Assembly (NCBI GenBank): GCA_010093605.1 | Contig: MU004181.1 | Location: 496,001 to 560,000 of the forward strand | DNA from: Lophium mytilinum | Lineage: Eukaryota | DNA: 64,000 nucleotides | Reading direction: 5' to 3' | Shown here: one piece after another, positions 1-12,100 of the stretch | How positions within the stretch are numbered: position 1 is the stretch's first letter | Layout of the letters: each line of letters starts with the position of its first letter | The notes under the pieces: generated by a model | Seen by the model: the letters and a program-made list of their open reading frames with translations, nothing else | Told to the model about the DNA's origin: nothing | Database searches by the model: none | Program-made: the position numbers and the translations under genes

Positions 1-765
1 AGCTTTCCCGAAGAGCTGCGCATTGTCATTCTCAAAAACATCGTAGTTTCGGATGACCCGATAAGATCAGAAATATGGACGTCCAAATCACTGGCCTCAA
101 ATACCAGATGGCGGACTTCCGACGAGTACTATGCTAAAGCTCGCAAGTTCAGGTCCGACGTCTTATCAACTTTCGAGACTCCGGGACTATCACACCTTGC
201 GAGAGAGATCTTCTACAAACAAAACACCTTCGATTTCTCCAACATGATACATTTTCATCTCTTCCTCACGGCGACGACGGCCTTGGGGTCCCTTCAGGGA
301 CCCGGAATCGACCAGACGTGGATTAGGCGCATCGTGGTCTGGGTGACGCCTTCGGAGGCGCCTTTCATTAGGAATTGGTGGCAAGATTTGAGAAGGTGTG
401 GAGACCTAGAGAGCTTGGTATTCGTATTGAAACCATCCTTCCCGTACTTTGGCGTACCGCACAACCAGCTGCAAGGAAATCCTTTCCTAGGAGTACTTGC
501 TGACCTAGCTCGTGCTCGGTATGCAGAAAGTGCGCTGAGGCTGCAAGACGATCTGCTGGCAAACAGCGAGGGATTTGTGAAGGAGCCGGGTAGAGTGCGA
601 AGCCCAAAGAGCGTGCTTCAATTCAGCTTGAATGAGAACGATGTGTTCATGCGGCTTGATATGGGAGAGTGTAAGACTAGCCGTACGGAAGAAAGCCTCC
701 GAGACCAGATATTGGATGTGAACCGGAGGTTTGAAAGTGCGACGATGGAGTTGCTTACTGCATAA
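1..765 (+). CDS. F-box-like (DUF7730/2EXR-type) protein, 5' end outside window
   Basis: Frame 1 is open from base 1 (SFPEELRIVILKNIV, an LPxELR-type F-box-like motif; LAREIFYKQNTFDF) and runs into ORF 244..765. Confidence 0.65.
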   Translation, partial: SFPEELRIVILKNIVVSDDPIRSEIWTSKSLASNTRWRTSDEYYAKARKFRSDVLSTFETPGLSHLAREIFYKQNTFDFSNMIHFHLFLTATTALGSLQGPGIDQTWIRRIVVWVTPSEAPFIRNWWQDLRRCGDLESLVFVLKPSFPYFGVPHNQLQGNPFLGVLADLARARYAESALRLQDDLLANSEGFVKEPGRVRSPKSVLQFSLNENDVFMRLDMGECKTSRTEESLRDQILDVNRRFESATMELLTA

Positions 766-1486
766 GTTCTACAGGATGCTCTACGCTTCGTTAGTGTTTT
801 GTAGTAAAGCGTTCATGATGGAATTACTTGCGAATTGAGAATTAAAATGACTGGACATAGATGTAAATGCCAGATATACTGCGCGGGAGTGCCTCCATAC
901 TCACTCTGCGTCTCGTGAATCATCCTGATCCTGATAGGGCTACGCTAAGGGCGGAGCATCTCCCGGTGGGCATTCACTCAACAGCTCAAGCTACAGTTTT
1001 GTCCACCTAGCATGCCGTCAAAGCAAAACACCTGCTCCTTACAACTACCATCACTCTGACCCTCGTCATCCAAATGGCGCACGACCAACAGAACGAGCAG
1101 GCTGCGTGGTTCGCCATTGCAGCAGTGCACCAGCAGACCGGCGCACATGCCCAAGCTCAGCTGCAAAGGATGCAACAAGTGGGGTTGCTGGAGAGTCTTG
1201 AGGTACGTTGAACTTTACCTCTACATTCCTAGGCCATAAATCTGGGCACTTGGACTCGCTACAGCCGGGCTCCAACTTGCTCATTTGACACCACTGTTGG
1301 GAGTAGCCTGGCTACTGAGTAGCCAATCCGTCAAAAGGCAGTCCAATGTGAAGTGCTTGAGCCTCGACACAGCCCTCGGATCTTCGAAGTCCTGATGGGG
1401 TACCCCAAGCAGTGGCGATCCAGTTTCAGCCCAATACCTATGCTTACCAGGTTTAGGCGGTTCTATACTTCGAGTCACCAACACAG

Positions 1487-2077
1487 ATGATTGACCAACT
1501 GCGTTCGACGTCCGATCAATACCTTCAATGCGTCCGCAATATCTTCGTCGACAGATGGGATGAGCTTCTGGCTAGGGATGGCAAACGCAGAGCATTCTAC
1601 TTGACCCTTCTCCGCCTCTCGAACCTCAAGAACGTGTTCTTCATCGCCCTCACACCCCCCGCTCAGGAATACCTCGATTCACTCTTGCTGCAAAGAAATC
1701 CGCCTGCATGGGAACACCTGTCCTTCTTCACCGGTTACAATCGTACACGAATTAGGGCACTGGGCCGAGACGTCGAGAGGTCGTACAAAGGTAGCCTCCA
1801 CGACCCAGCCAACTTCAGGCTGGAGCCCTTCTGGAAGTACCGTCTGGCTGTCGACTGGATTCCACAGAGCGACCGCCATCCTCTCACCGACTGGCACAAT
1901 CAATGGACCACTGAGCATTCTCCTCGGCTCACGCAGTTGGTGAAGCAGTGGACGCAGGAAATTGAGATGAAGTGGATTCAGACCTTTCGGACGCTTCAGG
2001 GACTTCCTGCTGACCCAGGGGTCATACACTGGATCTGGACGGAGGAGTGGGCGGCTTTCGGACGATTTGCAGAGTAG
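1487..2077 (+). CDS. Hypothetical protein, paralog of 2708..3458; last exon, upstream exon(s) uncertain
   Basis: 196-aa ORF; shares VRxIxVxxWD, RxAFY, FIALTP and DWH motifs with the next gene; acceptor-like TTTAG at 1456; possible first exon from ATG 1074 to donor GTACGT 1203. Confidence 0.6.
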   Translation: MIDQLRSTSDQYLQCVRNIFVDRWDELLARDGKRRAFYLTLLRLSNLKNVFFIALTPPAQEYLDSLLLQRNPPAWEHLSFFTGYNRTRIRALGRDVERSYKGSLHDPANFRLEPFWKYRLAVDWIPQSDRHPLTDWHNQWTTEHSPRLTQLVKQWTQEIEMKWIQTFRTLQGLPADPGVIHWIWTEEWAAFGRFAE

Positions 2078-2707
2078 GCGAGAGACACTGCGGATGGGCG
2101 AGGAGGAGAGCACGAGATTCCGGGAGTTGGCACGAGATAGTTGACCTTTGTTTTTTCCAGAGTCCTGGCGCTCGGTATATAGTTTTTGGCAGCTGAACCG
2201 GTAGCCCTAGATACTGCATGGTCACGAAGCCCTTCAAGATATTATCTAAGTCATCAATAACACGTGAACACGTGCTCAATCCGCGATGCATCGCACAAGA
2301 CATTGTATTCGGACACGACTACTCATCTTCACACCCTTCTCAAAGAAGCGCGGTTCATCATTTGCGCTGTAGCCCGCATCCCATGATCCACTTGTTGGCC
2401 CCAACAAACAGCTTTCAGTACATATCCGCATACCCCTTGTACGAAATTCCTCACTGAAACAACTCGCATGTGGCTCAACCAAGCTCTTATCGGCACAGAA
2501 AGCAAGATCTCAAACCTTTCAACCTCAACGTCTACGCCCCTATCCATAATCTCCCAACCAGATTTACGGGGTATATCTATGAGAATCCACACAGCTGGTC
2601 CCACTTGTCGAACATAGCCATCCACAATCCCATACTTTCACACCACAACAATCACCATCAGACCTCGTCTTCCTCTTCATCCACCACCACCAAGAGTTTT
2701 CGGAAAG

Positions 2708-3458
2708 ATGGCCTCCTCTCCATCACAGATTCCCGCTGCTAGCGCCCGTGCTGCCGCCCCTATCGCCGGAACGTCTGCCGCTGCGTCTGCCCCGGAGCCC
2801 GTAAGTTTTCCTTCCCCCCCCCTTTTCCACGCCGATCTGACCATCCCAGGGGCGCCGAATCTACAACACCCCCGCCCACCTCATCAACACCGCTGCCTTC
2901 CTGCCGCCGGCCGCCCACCAAAATGTCCGCACAATCTGGGTCCGCAACTGGGACCAGATGCTCTTCCGCCACGACGTCCGCGCCGCCTTCTACAAAGCCA
3001 CCCTCCTCTTCCCCGATCTCACCCACATCTACTTCATCGCCTTGACGCCCCCCTTGGCCCAGTTTGCACAGGAAGCACCTCCCGTCGCCACCCGCACTGC
3101 CGACTGGCACGTCGACTACTTCCGCGCGCGCAACATGGTCGCGCTCGAGTGTCTACGCGATGACCTGCTCGATGTCGATGCAGCGTCTGGGGACGAGCCG
3201 GTGGAGAAGTACCGCTTTGCGGGGAATTGGCTGCCATGGGAGATGGAGCGGCCCTTTGAGGATTGGCATACTGTGGCGGGGCCGGAGGAGTGGGTGGACC
3301 TGAGGGCCGTGGTGCTGAGGCGGAGCCGTGACCTGGAGTTGGGCTTTTTGCTGTATATGCGGCGGGCGCAGGGGGCGTCGGAGGAGATTGGGGAGTTGAA
3401 GAGGGTGTGGAGAGAAGAGTGGGAGGCGATGGGAAGGAACGTGTTGGGAGGGGAGTAG
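2708..3458 (+). CDS. Hypothetical protein, 2 exons, paralog of 1487..2077
   Basis: ATG 2708; intron GTAAGT(2801)...CTGAC...CCAG(2849) joins in frame to ORF 2958..3458. Confidence 0.7.
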
Positions 3459-5339
3459 GGGTGACGGTGTTGGGAGTTTGGCGGCTTCTTTACACGTTCG
3501 TGTGATAGCATCTTGGACGAGCAGAATCGGCGTCTGCTGGGCAGGGTTTTGGTAGAATGAAGACCCTTGCGAGACATCTTTGAACCTTCCCTGATTGCCG
3601 TATTGTTATACCGTTGCTATATCCCTGAAATGTGATCGTTCTTAAAGTCTTCCAGATGTTTGGCGATTTACTTTTGCATTTGATTAGGCTATGAACCTAC
3701 CTCCTATACTAGAATGATTGCTTATAGCGTTTGAAAGTACGATAGAACTAGTATTGCAGCTCTGAATCTACTGGATGCTTGAAAAGGTGGATGTAATATC
3801 TCAAGCCTTTATTACAAGACCGCGCAAATCACATCATATAATAAGACGTTAACATTAAGAAGGGTTGAACTGCGCACCTTCTAGTAGGAATTTGCACTCC
3901 TACGCGCCTGACCATGGTGCTCCGGAGCATACTGAATTCCAGAAGTCGTGAATGTAATATCCCTGTCCTTCAAATCTGAAAGTCGGAGGAGGGCTTCCAA
4001 ATCTTTGAAGAATGCCGCTGACTTCGAAACCATGCGAATATCTCCACCACTTTGCTATAGCATGGTAACCTTCCTGGTGCCCCTGAATGACGCATAGATT
4101 TGAGATTTGAATGTAATAGTCTAGGACCTTCGAAGTCAGAGAACAATAATCGTAGTCAGCAGAGACGCCAGACTGCCGTCTAGCTTCATGTTGCCCTAAT
4201 TTAGTAAAATTGTGTAGGAGAAGAAGCACTACCCCTTGATGAATTTTAGGATTTGGACAGAAGATGTAACATTCACAAGTCTTCAAAAATAGAAGCATTT
4301 AAACCGGGAATGGCTGCAGGTAGCACTTTGTCCTCGACCTTTAGATCAGAGGTATTGTAATGGATTTTCTGGATAGCACGAAACGTTTGATAGTCATCCC
4401 GGGCCATCCATGAGTATGCGATACCAATCTAGAATCCCCCAACTTTCAATTTACAACATTTGAAATTTCATTGCCAGAATCCATGCGTAGTTCACAGGGC
4501 TCTACAAGAGGGACAATTGACTGTACTGTTGCCATCCTGATAGCACCACCATGGTCCTCCCAGGTAGTGCTTAATACGACAGTGCAAAAGAATCCAAAAC
4601 TGGCGTAATTTCTGAGCGCTCTCTAATGGATGCGTGCAGTCGATAGGAAATCTGCAAGAAACTGTCCGAGGTTCAGCTCTTAAGCTCATACTTATGACAT
4701 CTATGTATGGAAAACCTGCTCTTGTTGGTGGTGCCTCGATACAGAGGCAGACCTCACAGCACTACCACAGCTTGGCCTTTATTTGAGCGCAGCTCTCTTG
4801 TTGATAGACATGTATATGGTCGCGGAGACGTCCCCGCGCGGGTACCACACGTGACGCAGTCACTGGTCCGTGCATTATTCTTCTTTTGTTGATACTCGGC
4901 GTTCTCAGACCAGACCTGCGGCCTCATCCTCACAGCCATCAACCGTGCAGCTCCTGGAGCAGCCGAAACAGTACGTACGTTCTCTACCATCAGCCCACTG
5001 GCCTATAAGCTAACAGTGCTGGCTTTCAGAACCTCAAGACCGCGTCTGCACCCGCGCCTGTAAGCTCTCTAGCTGTGCAGCTCCTGGAGCACCAGAAACC
5101 GTACGTACGGTCCTACTCCCACCTAATACATGTCTTGTACTTACACTCTTGTTACTAGATCCTCAACATCACCCACGCCCGCGCCCGCATCCTCGCCCGC
5201 GTCGCCGTGCCGTCACCCGTGCCACCAGCAACCTCACCAACCTCACCACCGCCCGCACCGACACCAGCAACAGTGAGCCCTCCCCCTCCGCACATCAAGT
5301 CCTCTTCGTATCGATTCTGACCCTCATAGCAGCACCACC

Positions 5340-5537
5340 ATGCCGTCTCTCCGCCGGATGGTGGAGGAGACGAAGTGGAAGGCGGAGATGTGGTGGGCCC
5401 GCCACACCCGCCACATCTCCGACCTGATGGAGAAGAGGAAGGAGAAGAAGGCCGCCGCCGCCGCCGCCCGACGACCGGTGCGCAGGGAGGACATCTCCGG
5501 GCCTGTACGGTCCGTGAACTCTCTGGGCTGGGACTGA
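5340..5537 (+). CDS. Small basic protein (65 aa) with ISGP motif; multi-intron upstream region
   Basis: CACCACC-ATG context and GC-rich codons; intron-like segments upstream at 4971-5029, 5101-5158 and 5273-5329/5332. Confidence 0.45.
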   Translation: MPSLRRMVEETKWKAEMWWARHTRHISDLMEKRKEKKAAAAAARRPVRREDISGPVRSVNSLGWD

Positions 5538-6811
5538 GGTCTGGCTTTTGAACGACGACGGAGAGAATTTGCTGCTGGGGGAGAGAGAGTTCACGGTCGG
5601 TGCAGGTTTGGGGGTGTCCTGGCGTTGGGGGTTTGGGTGCTTTTTGTACTTTTATATGTATTTGTACTTTGTACTCGTATTTGTATTTTTATGTGGATAA
5701 TACCAACGTCTCCCCTCCTCATCTCTGTAGCCTCTGAATTGGATGGAACGTGACTTGTGATTGACTGAACTATGCCACTGGCAAGAGTGGCTCATCCTAT
5801 TCTTCTTTTCAACCTTGAATGTAAGAAACCGAAGGCCCTAGATTGGCGACCTATCATCCTAACGTAAACTCATGGTTACGGCGCCGGCAGGAGGGACTCA
5901 GGATGCTCATTGTTCCAACTGTAGAGGGTATAATTCGAAAACGTAACTCGGCTGTCCAGTAAACTACTGTGATTTCAGTATTAAAGCGCTGACAGGAGTG
6001 GTTCAAGCCGTCCTTATTTCCATCGATCAATGTAAAAAGCCGAAGAGTCTTACTTGGACGCTTAGAAACCAACCATAAATGCAATTTAGAGAAGTAGCTG
6101 GAGCAGTTCGACCTATTCTCATTTTCAATCATAGATGTAAGGAGCTGCATAGCATGATTTAGCCTACGAATATATGAACATTGATACAGTGCTATAGTGC
6201 CTCTGGAGCAGCTCGAACGGATCCAAATTATCAAGAGTAATTACATGAGAGACTTCCTTCAATCCGAATAACAATTATAATAGAGATGCAGTTGCTGAAA
6301 AGGTGGTCTAGCACTACGGGAGGAACCAAAAACTAGATGTCTTGATGTAATGTAGTCAAGGCCGTGATTCGTGGGCAATCTTCTTGAATTGCTCCAAGAA
6401 TGCTATTCCCATCGCCTTTTTCAAGCATCTCTGAAATGGTGACCATATCGCCAGCGAGCAATGCCGAGATTGCTAGTTTGGTGCCGCTGTCTGGAGGGCC
6501 CGAGTCAGCTGAAGAGCATTCAAATATGAGTCTGCTCTCATCCAAGCGAATTGGATGTTCTCCAACAAGGCTGAGTTAAGAGGCGTGGGCTGCTATCGTG
6601 GTGGTAGCTGAGTAGATCCTTGACGTCATATCGTTGGCGCTTGCGACGCGTAAAAGCTCGTGAAGACGCCTGCGTCAGTGAAGCACGCCAGAAAAACAGG
6701 AGGTTGTAAGATTAGGTGTTCAGGTCCTTCACCAGCCAATTTGCAGTGATAGGCCCCTTCTAGTAGTTGGGGGCGAATGTGTTGCGAAAAAGAAAAGCAC
6801 TGCACTATGCG

Positions 6812-6822
6812 GGGTCGAACCT
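6812..6822 (-). promoter_or_regulatory. Pol III B box downstream of the U6 gene
   Basis: Minus strand AGGTTCGACCC matches GGTTCGANCC just past the U6 terminator; an extragenic downstream B box is known for yeast SNR6. Confidence 0.75.
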
Positions 6823-6828
6823 GGGGCT

Positions 6829-6932
6829 AAAAAAAATTTGAAGCTACTCTTTGATAAAGCGTGTCATCCTTAGTGCAGGGGCCATGCTAATCTTCTCTGG
6901 GTTCGCAACATATTGACCAAATGCCCGAAGGC
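6829..6932 (-). ncRNA. U6: U6 spliceosomal snRNA, variant (ACAGAGA box reads CCAGAGA)
   Basis: Minus strand GCCTTCGGGC ATTTGGTCAAT ATGTTGCGAAC CCAGAGA AGATTAGCATGGCCCCTGCACTAAGGATGACACGC TTTATCAAAGAGTAGCTTCAAA T8: 5' stem-loop, AGC triad, ISL/U4-pairing region and oligo-T terminator all present. Confidence 0.95.
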
Positions 6933-6953
6933 GGGAGGACTTGAAAATAAATT

Positions 6954-6962
6954 AAATATATA
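6954..6962 (-). promoter_or_regulatory. TATA box of the U6 gene
   Basis: TATATATTT starts 30 nt upstream of the predicted +1 G. Confidence 0.75.
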
Positions 6963-8682
6963 CCTTAAAGGTCGTCGCGCAGGGGCCTCACCTCTCACCT
7001 GCCAATCACCCCGCACTACTCGCTTAGAGTATTCTAGCAAGTCTTGTGTTCTTTCTTTTCCGCATGAGGAGTCTCAGTGCATTTTTCGGCCTCCTTTGTG
7101 TTCGCTGCCGCTGCAGCTCGACGCGCGCTCTGCTGCCAGCAACCCTCCGCTACATTGACACTCGCGTGCTGTGCGCGACGAGATGCCTCAACCCCTACAC
7201 AGCAGTCGTAGGTCATTGAAATGTAACCGGCGTATGCTAGCCGAGCATTCTTATCCTTCTCCTGGCATGGACATCATCGAAACTGAAGCGCCAGCTCCGC
7301 ATTCTGCGCGCCACGATCTTCATCTATACTCTCAGTGAGACAGCTGCCCGCATTTGGGGCCACGTCAAATGTTTCAGAGAAGTAGGGTGTTTGTATGCCT
7401 CTCTGGTTGCCACTGCGCGCTGGCTCCTGATTACCACTTTGCTGCCGCCGACTACACCACCATCTTCCTCCCCTTCATCATGTCCAGCATGTGAGCAGCC
7501 TTCTAGAACCACTAAAGCTCACACATCTGATAGCAAATGATTCTTTCGGCAAAGAAACGACTCCAAAAACTCCTCGAATATATCGTCGCGATGACTCCAC
7601 CGGTACCAACCGCCTTGTCACTGCCGAAATTACGACGACGGAGGGCGGAGGGCTATGCAGAGAACGATGGCCCGTAATCATCGTCGAGAATACGGAGCTC
7701 ATTGAACGCCGCTCGTCTGACCCCTCTCTGGACCCTAATCCGGTTCAACATAACTATCTCTTTCCGCGACGCGCAGTCTGCCAAACCTATTCACAGCTCA
7801 GACGAGGTTTGAGTCATTGCACGACGGTCCCATCTATCAGGACTGTCATGCCCTGGCTGGCATGCGGTCTTCCCGTCCAACAAAGGTACAATGATGGCTG
7901 GAACGGGGAACAGCGACGGTAATACGAAGATTATCCATTCAACTTTCCTTCTTTTGGATTTCCCTTGGTTCCTGCGGATAGAAGCGTATCCCGTACGATA
8001 ATGAGAGGGCAAGCCTTAGAAATGGACGTGCAAGAGTTGGCAAGGCAGCGCGATGCGGTCAAAAGGGTTGTTCCAATTGGGTGTACAGGAAGACGCCCTT
8101 AACAGATCGCAGAAGAAGCTGATGAATAAAGCAAATGCTTGCGCTTTGAAGTTTAAGAAGAGGGTTTGGACTGGTTGAGGAGTCGCTCATGCAAAGGCAC
8201 GGGCGGTGATGACGCGAAATTCTTCGTCTTTCCCGGCATTTATTCACCGATGAAGTTTCTGCCATTCGTTTCCAAAACATACTTGTGTCTGCCGCTAATT
8301 TTCACCATCCTCAGCACCTGAAACAGGTTTCTCGTTTTAGGGAATACACAGGAATATCATACCGCGTACCGGATCCAGCTGCCGCCCTCCGCTAGAGAGC
8401 AGAACGTGTTGCAAAGGAAGATCTCCATGCACGCGCAGCACCGTCAGGAAGGCTAGAATGAAGTAGGTAGGGGTGAATGTCCGAATCTAAAGGAATGACA
8501 AGCAGAACGCCGCCTGAAGATGTTTCTCGAGCTAAGGTTTTCTGGCACGCATGTTTTGCATTCCTCCCTCCCAAATTCCAGCAGTGCGTCACGACGCACG
8601 TTCCTCATTCCAGGAAGATGCATATAATTGCTTGTCCCGTCCCAAAATACTGATCGTTGTTCTGGACTTTCGAACATTTGCC

Positions 8683-10485
8683 ATGTTCCTCCCCACTGCC
8701 TTGGGCTTTATAGCCGCCTGCTCTTTCATCTCGACCACTTCGGCCTCCCTACATCGGCGCAACAATCCCGCGCAACCACCATGTCCATATCCAGTAAACG
8801 CTTTCCAATATTCCGGATGCTTCAATGACAGTAATCCGTACGATCGAGCGCTTGGAAAGTTTGAGCCGTTGCAAGAGGGCGACATGACGAATGCGCTGTG
8901 TTGGAAATACTGCAAGGCGAGCCCCATGTCTCCACCCTTCAACGAAAGATCGCATGACTGACCAATTTGTCACAGGCAAACAATTACGCGTTCGCTGGAA
9001 CGGAGGCTGGTTATCAATGTACGTGATAGGCGTCCACAGATCCTGCCAAGGTCATACGCTGACGATCTAAGGCTTCTGCGGAACTCAGCTGCCGGCAACC
9101 ACTCAGTATCCAGACTCAACTTGCAACACGACTTGTCAAGGTAATTCTCTGGAGAAGTGCGGAGGTGACGCTCGCCTTTCAGTGTATATAGATCCGACCT
9201 TCCCACAGATCAACGCCACGAGCAGTAATTACGTCTCAAGAGGTTGCTACACCGATGGAAACAGCCGGGCTCTGGATTATCCACAAGACCAGCTCGATGG
9301 ATCGATGATGACTGTGGAGCTTTGCCTAAACACATGTGGTTCGAAAGGATTTTCCTTAGCGGCAGTGGAATTCGCGAGTCAATGCTGTAAGCTGGATCTC
9401 TCCAGTCTTCATCATCTGGTTTATGGAGCACTTCGAACTAACTTCGTAAAGACTGTGATGTTACCCTCGGGCCTTCGGGTCAGCCTACAGGATCCTCGAA
9501 CTGTAGCATGGCGTGCAATGGGAACCCAGACGAAAAATGCGGCGGTGAACTCTTCATGAACTTGTATGAGGCTAAGCTGTTGGAATCGACGGAGCCTTGC
9601 GCACCTCCGGTGTCCTCTTCCAGCTCGTCCTCGTCGTCGACTACGTCGTCCAGCTCAATCTCTTCCTCGGTTTCGCCAAGTTCTACCTCCTCCAGCTCCT
9701 CCAGCTCCTCTAGCTCCTCTAGCTCCTCTAGCTCGTCCCGATCATCTAGTTCCTCTAGCTCGTCAAGTTCTTCAACTTTATCGAGTTCCTCCTCCAGTTC
9801 TTCTCGCTCATCCAGCTCGTCTATTAGTTCGTCGAGTTCATCGAGTTCCTCGTCTAGCTCTTCTAGCTCCTCTCGCTCGTCCAGTTTGTCAAGCTCATAC
9901 AGCTCATCGTCTATCCCCACAACATCGTCTTCCTCAAGCTCGTCTTCACTATCTAGCTCCAGCTCCAGCTCCAGCTCCAGCTCCAGCTCTAGCTCTCAGG
10001 TTCCTCCAAGCAGCACGTCATCATCTTCTTCAAGCCAACGCAGGCCACCACCGCCCTCAAAAACAAAACCCTGGCCTCCACCACCAACACGGCCTCCGCA
10101 TCCTCCCCCACCCCCGATGTGTCTCTGCTCTGGCCCTCGTTCTTGGCGCGGCGCCAAGCTTCCTTGCGTCGGATGCAACGATAATCCACGACAATCCTGG
10201 GAGTTCCCGTTCAAGCTTTTCACATCAAAGTGGACCGACAGATGCCCGGTGTACACGGCGGAGCATCTCATCAAGGCATGCCTCGACGCATGCGAATGGC
10301 AGTACGAGAAATGCTCCAAGGGCGCGGATGCGGACGAAGAATGTACCGCGTGCGAGGAGCAGTATCGGCGGTGCAAGAAGGCGAATCAGCACCTGCGGTA
10401 TCATGGAGAGTGTGGGGGTAGGGGTCCATGGGATCAGGAACCATGCGAGGATGAGGACGAAGACAAGATGAGCTCTGAGTGGTAG
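8683..10485 (+). CDS. Secreted WSC-domain protein (2 WSC domains, Ser-rich stalk, Pro-rich linker, Cys-rich C-terminus); 4 exons
   Basis: Signal peptide MFLPTALGFIAACSFISTTSA; WSC motifs YSGCFND..MTNALCWKYC..FAGTEAGYQCFCG..C..C.GN..EKCGG and YVSRGCYTD..MTVELCLNTC..AAVEFASQCYC; introns 8917-8975 (GC-AG), 9019-9071 and 9387-9451 give one open frame. Confidence 0.9.
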
Positions 10486-12100
10486 AAGGGGTTCGTCTGG
10501 CCTGCGGCACTGTAAGGTGTTATCGAGGTTGCCAACGGATGAGTGTAATCAGTCTGATATGATATGTGACCTCTTCGGCGCTCAATAAGCAATCTCGATC
10601 ACCAGTCGGCGTGCGTGCACCTATTCTCCGCTCCGCAATACATGACTTCCTCAGCCGATCCTCGAGGCTTTGATATTGGCCTTGAGACCGTGCAACGCGA
10701 ACGTATGGTGATAAGGCTCGCGTGCAGCTGTAATATGCAAGCTTTCTCAACCGCCCGTGGCGCTAACGCAAACCATGGAAAGAGAATGCTGGTAAGCGCA
10801 CTCTCGAACACCCCTGTTTGCGCGCCAGCATGCGGCACTTGCACTGAGCCATGCAGACACAGCCTGCTGCACCTGTGAAGCACAGCCGGGTCAATTTCAA
10901 GGTAGATTGGCGATGTGACAACTCCATTGGCATAGTGTAATGCCAAAGGCGTAGCTACAGGCGCTGGAGACATGCGTTAGATGTATATTGAAATGGTCCT
11001 AGGACCTCTTCACCATACCTGTGCTGTGAACCTCATGACAATAGCGGTGACGTCTTCAGTGCGGCAGCCATCCGAGTATCGAACAGCCACGGCACCAGCT
11101 CCTCGAAGCCGAGTCTCCCATGTGAACAGGAGTGTGACGCTAACGACAATCAGGTTGGACCTCGGCCAGTCGTGCTGGTATGACGTAGCCTTACAGCAAA
11201 ATCTCATAGGTCGCGTGGCTGTGAGTTCAAGCTTGAAAAGGAGGGGCGATCCTTTACCGGCCAGTACGTTCTTATGACTACGCCATTCTGGACCAGGGGG
11301 CTAAACCTTCATACAGCACTCTCATCAACATTGATCATCACCGCTACGGAATGAACGGAGAGGCAGTTCGGCGCATGTTTACAGCGAGAGAGATCTTGGG
11401 TCGGGTCCTGGCGGAGACTCTCCAGGCGTGGCATATGAAAGACCTAATTCCAAACGCTCGATAGTTGCCGCTCACCGAGCGCTATATCAAGCATCATGGA
11501 GTCCCTCGGACACTACAACCTTCTTGCTAGGTTTGATGCGGGCTAAAGTGATTTGCGCAATGGTAAGGGTCTTGCCGCGCCCGGACCTTCCTTCCAACGC
11601 CATCACCAAATCGAAACTCCTCATGACGGCAAGTGTTTGTTAGTCGTTAAGGCCTGGTCGCGCGACCTAGTCCTTGAAATCCCCGATCTCTCCTAGAAAG
11701 GGTCGCACTGAAGACACCATCCACTGCGACTGTGTGGGCTCCTTGTGAATGCAAGTCTCGACTTTCGAAAGAAACCATATCTTGATGAGATTCTCTCGGT
11801 ATTATCAGCTACCGCTAGAAGTACGGCGACACCCCCTAATACCCACTCTGTGAGCATGAATATGATATTGGAGCCCTTATTCCACTTCCTAGTCCGGAGA
11901 GTTTTGGCAAGCTGAGGGTTGACTTCCAGTAGAGCATGTGGTGTCTCACGTTTTCATAATGTAGGGGAAAACGCACGCTCAATGTTGGTTTCCCGGAACG
12001 TGCCATAGCCTCCTAATCGTTTTCAACAGGTCAAGAGGTGGCTCAAACTATCTTGTATAGCACAAACAATCCGCGCTTCATTCAAGAGATCGCAGAGTTC

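Noticed and set aside
3900..6545. AT-richer minus ORFs (3900..4298, 5854..6234, 6333..6545)
   Set aside because: Possibly decayed genes, but they have non-ATG starts, frame breaks and no recognisable family
9480..10471. Acidic antisense ORF 9480..9920 and alternative-frame ORF 9566..10471
   Set aside because: Shadow frames of the poly-Ser tract in the WSC gene
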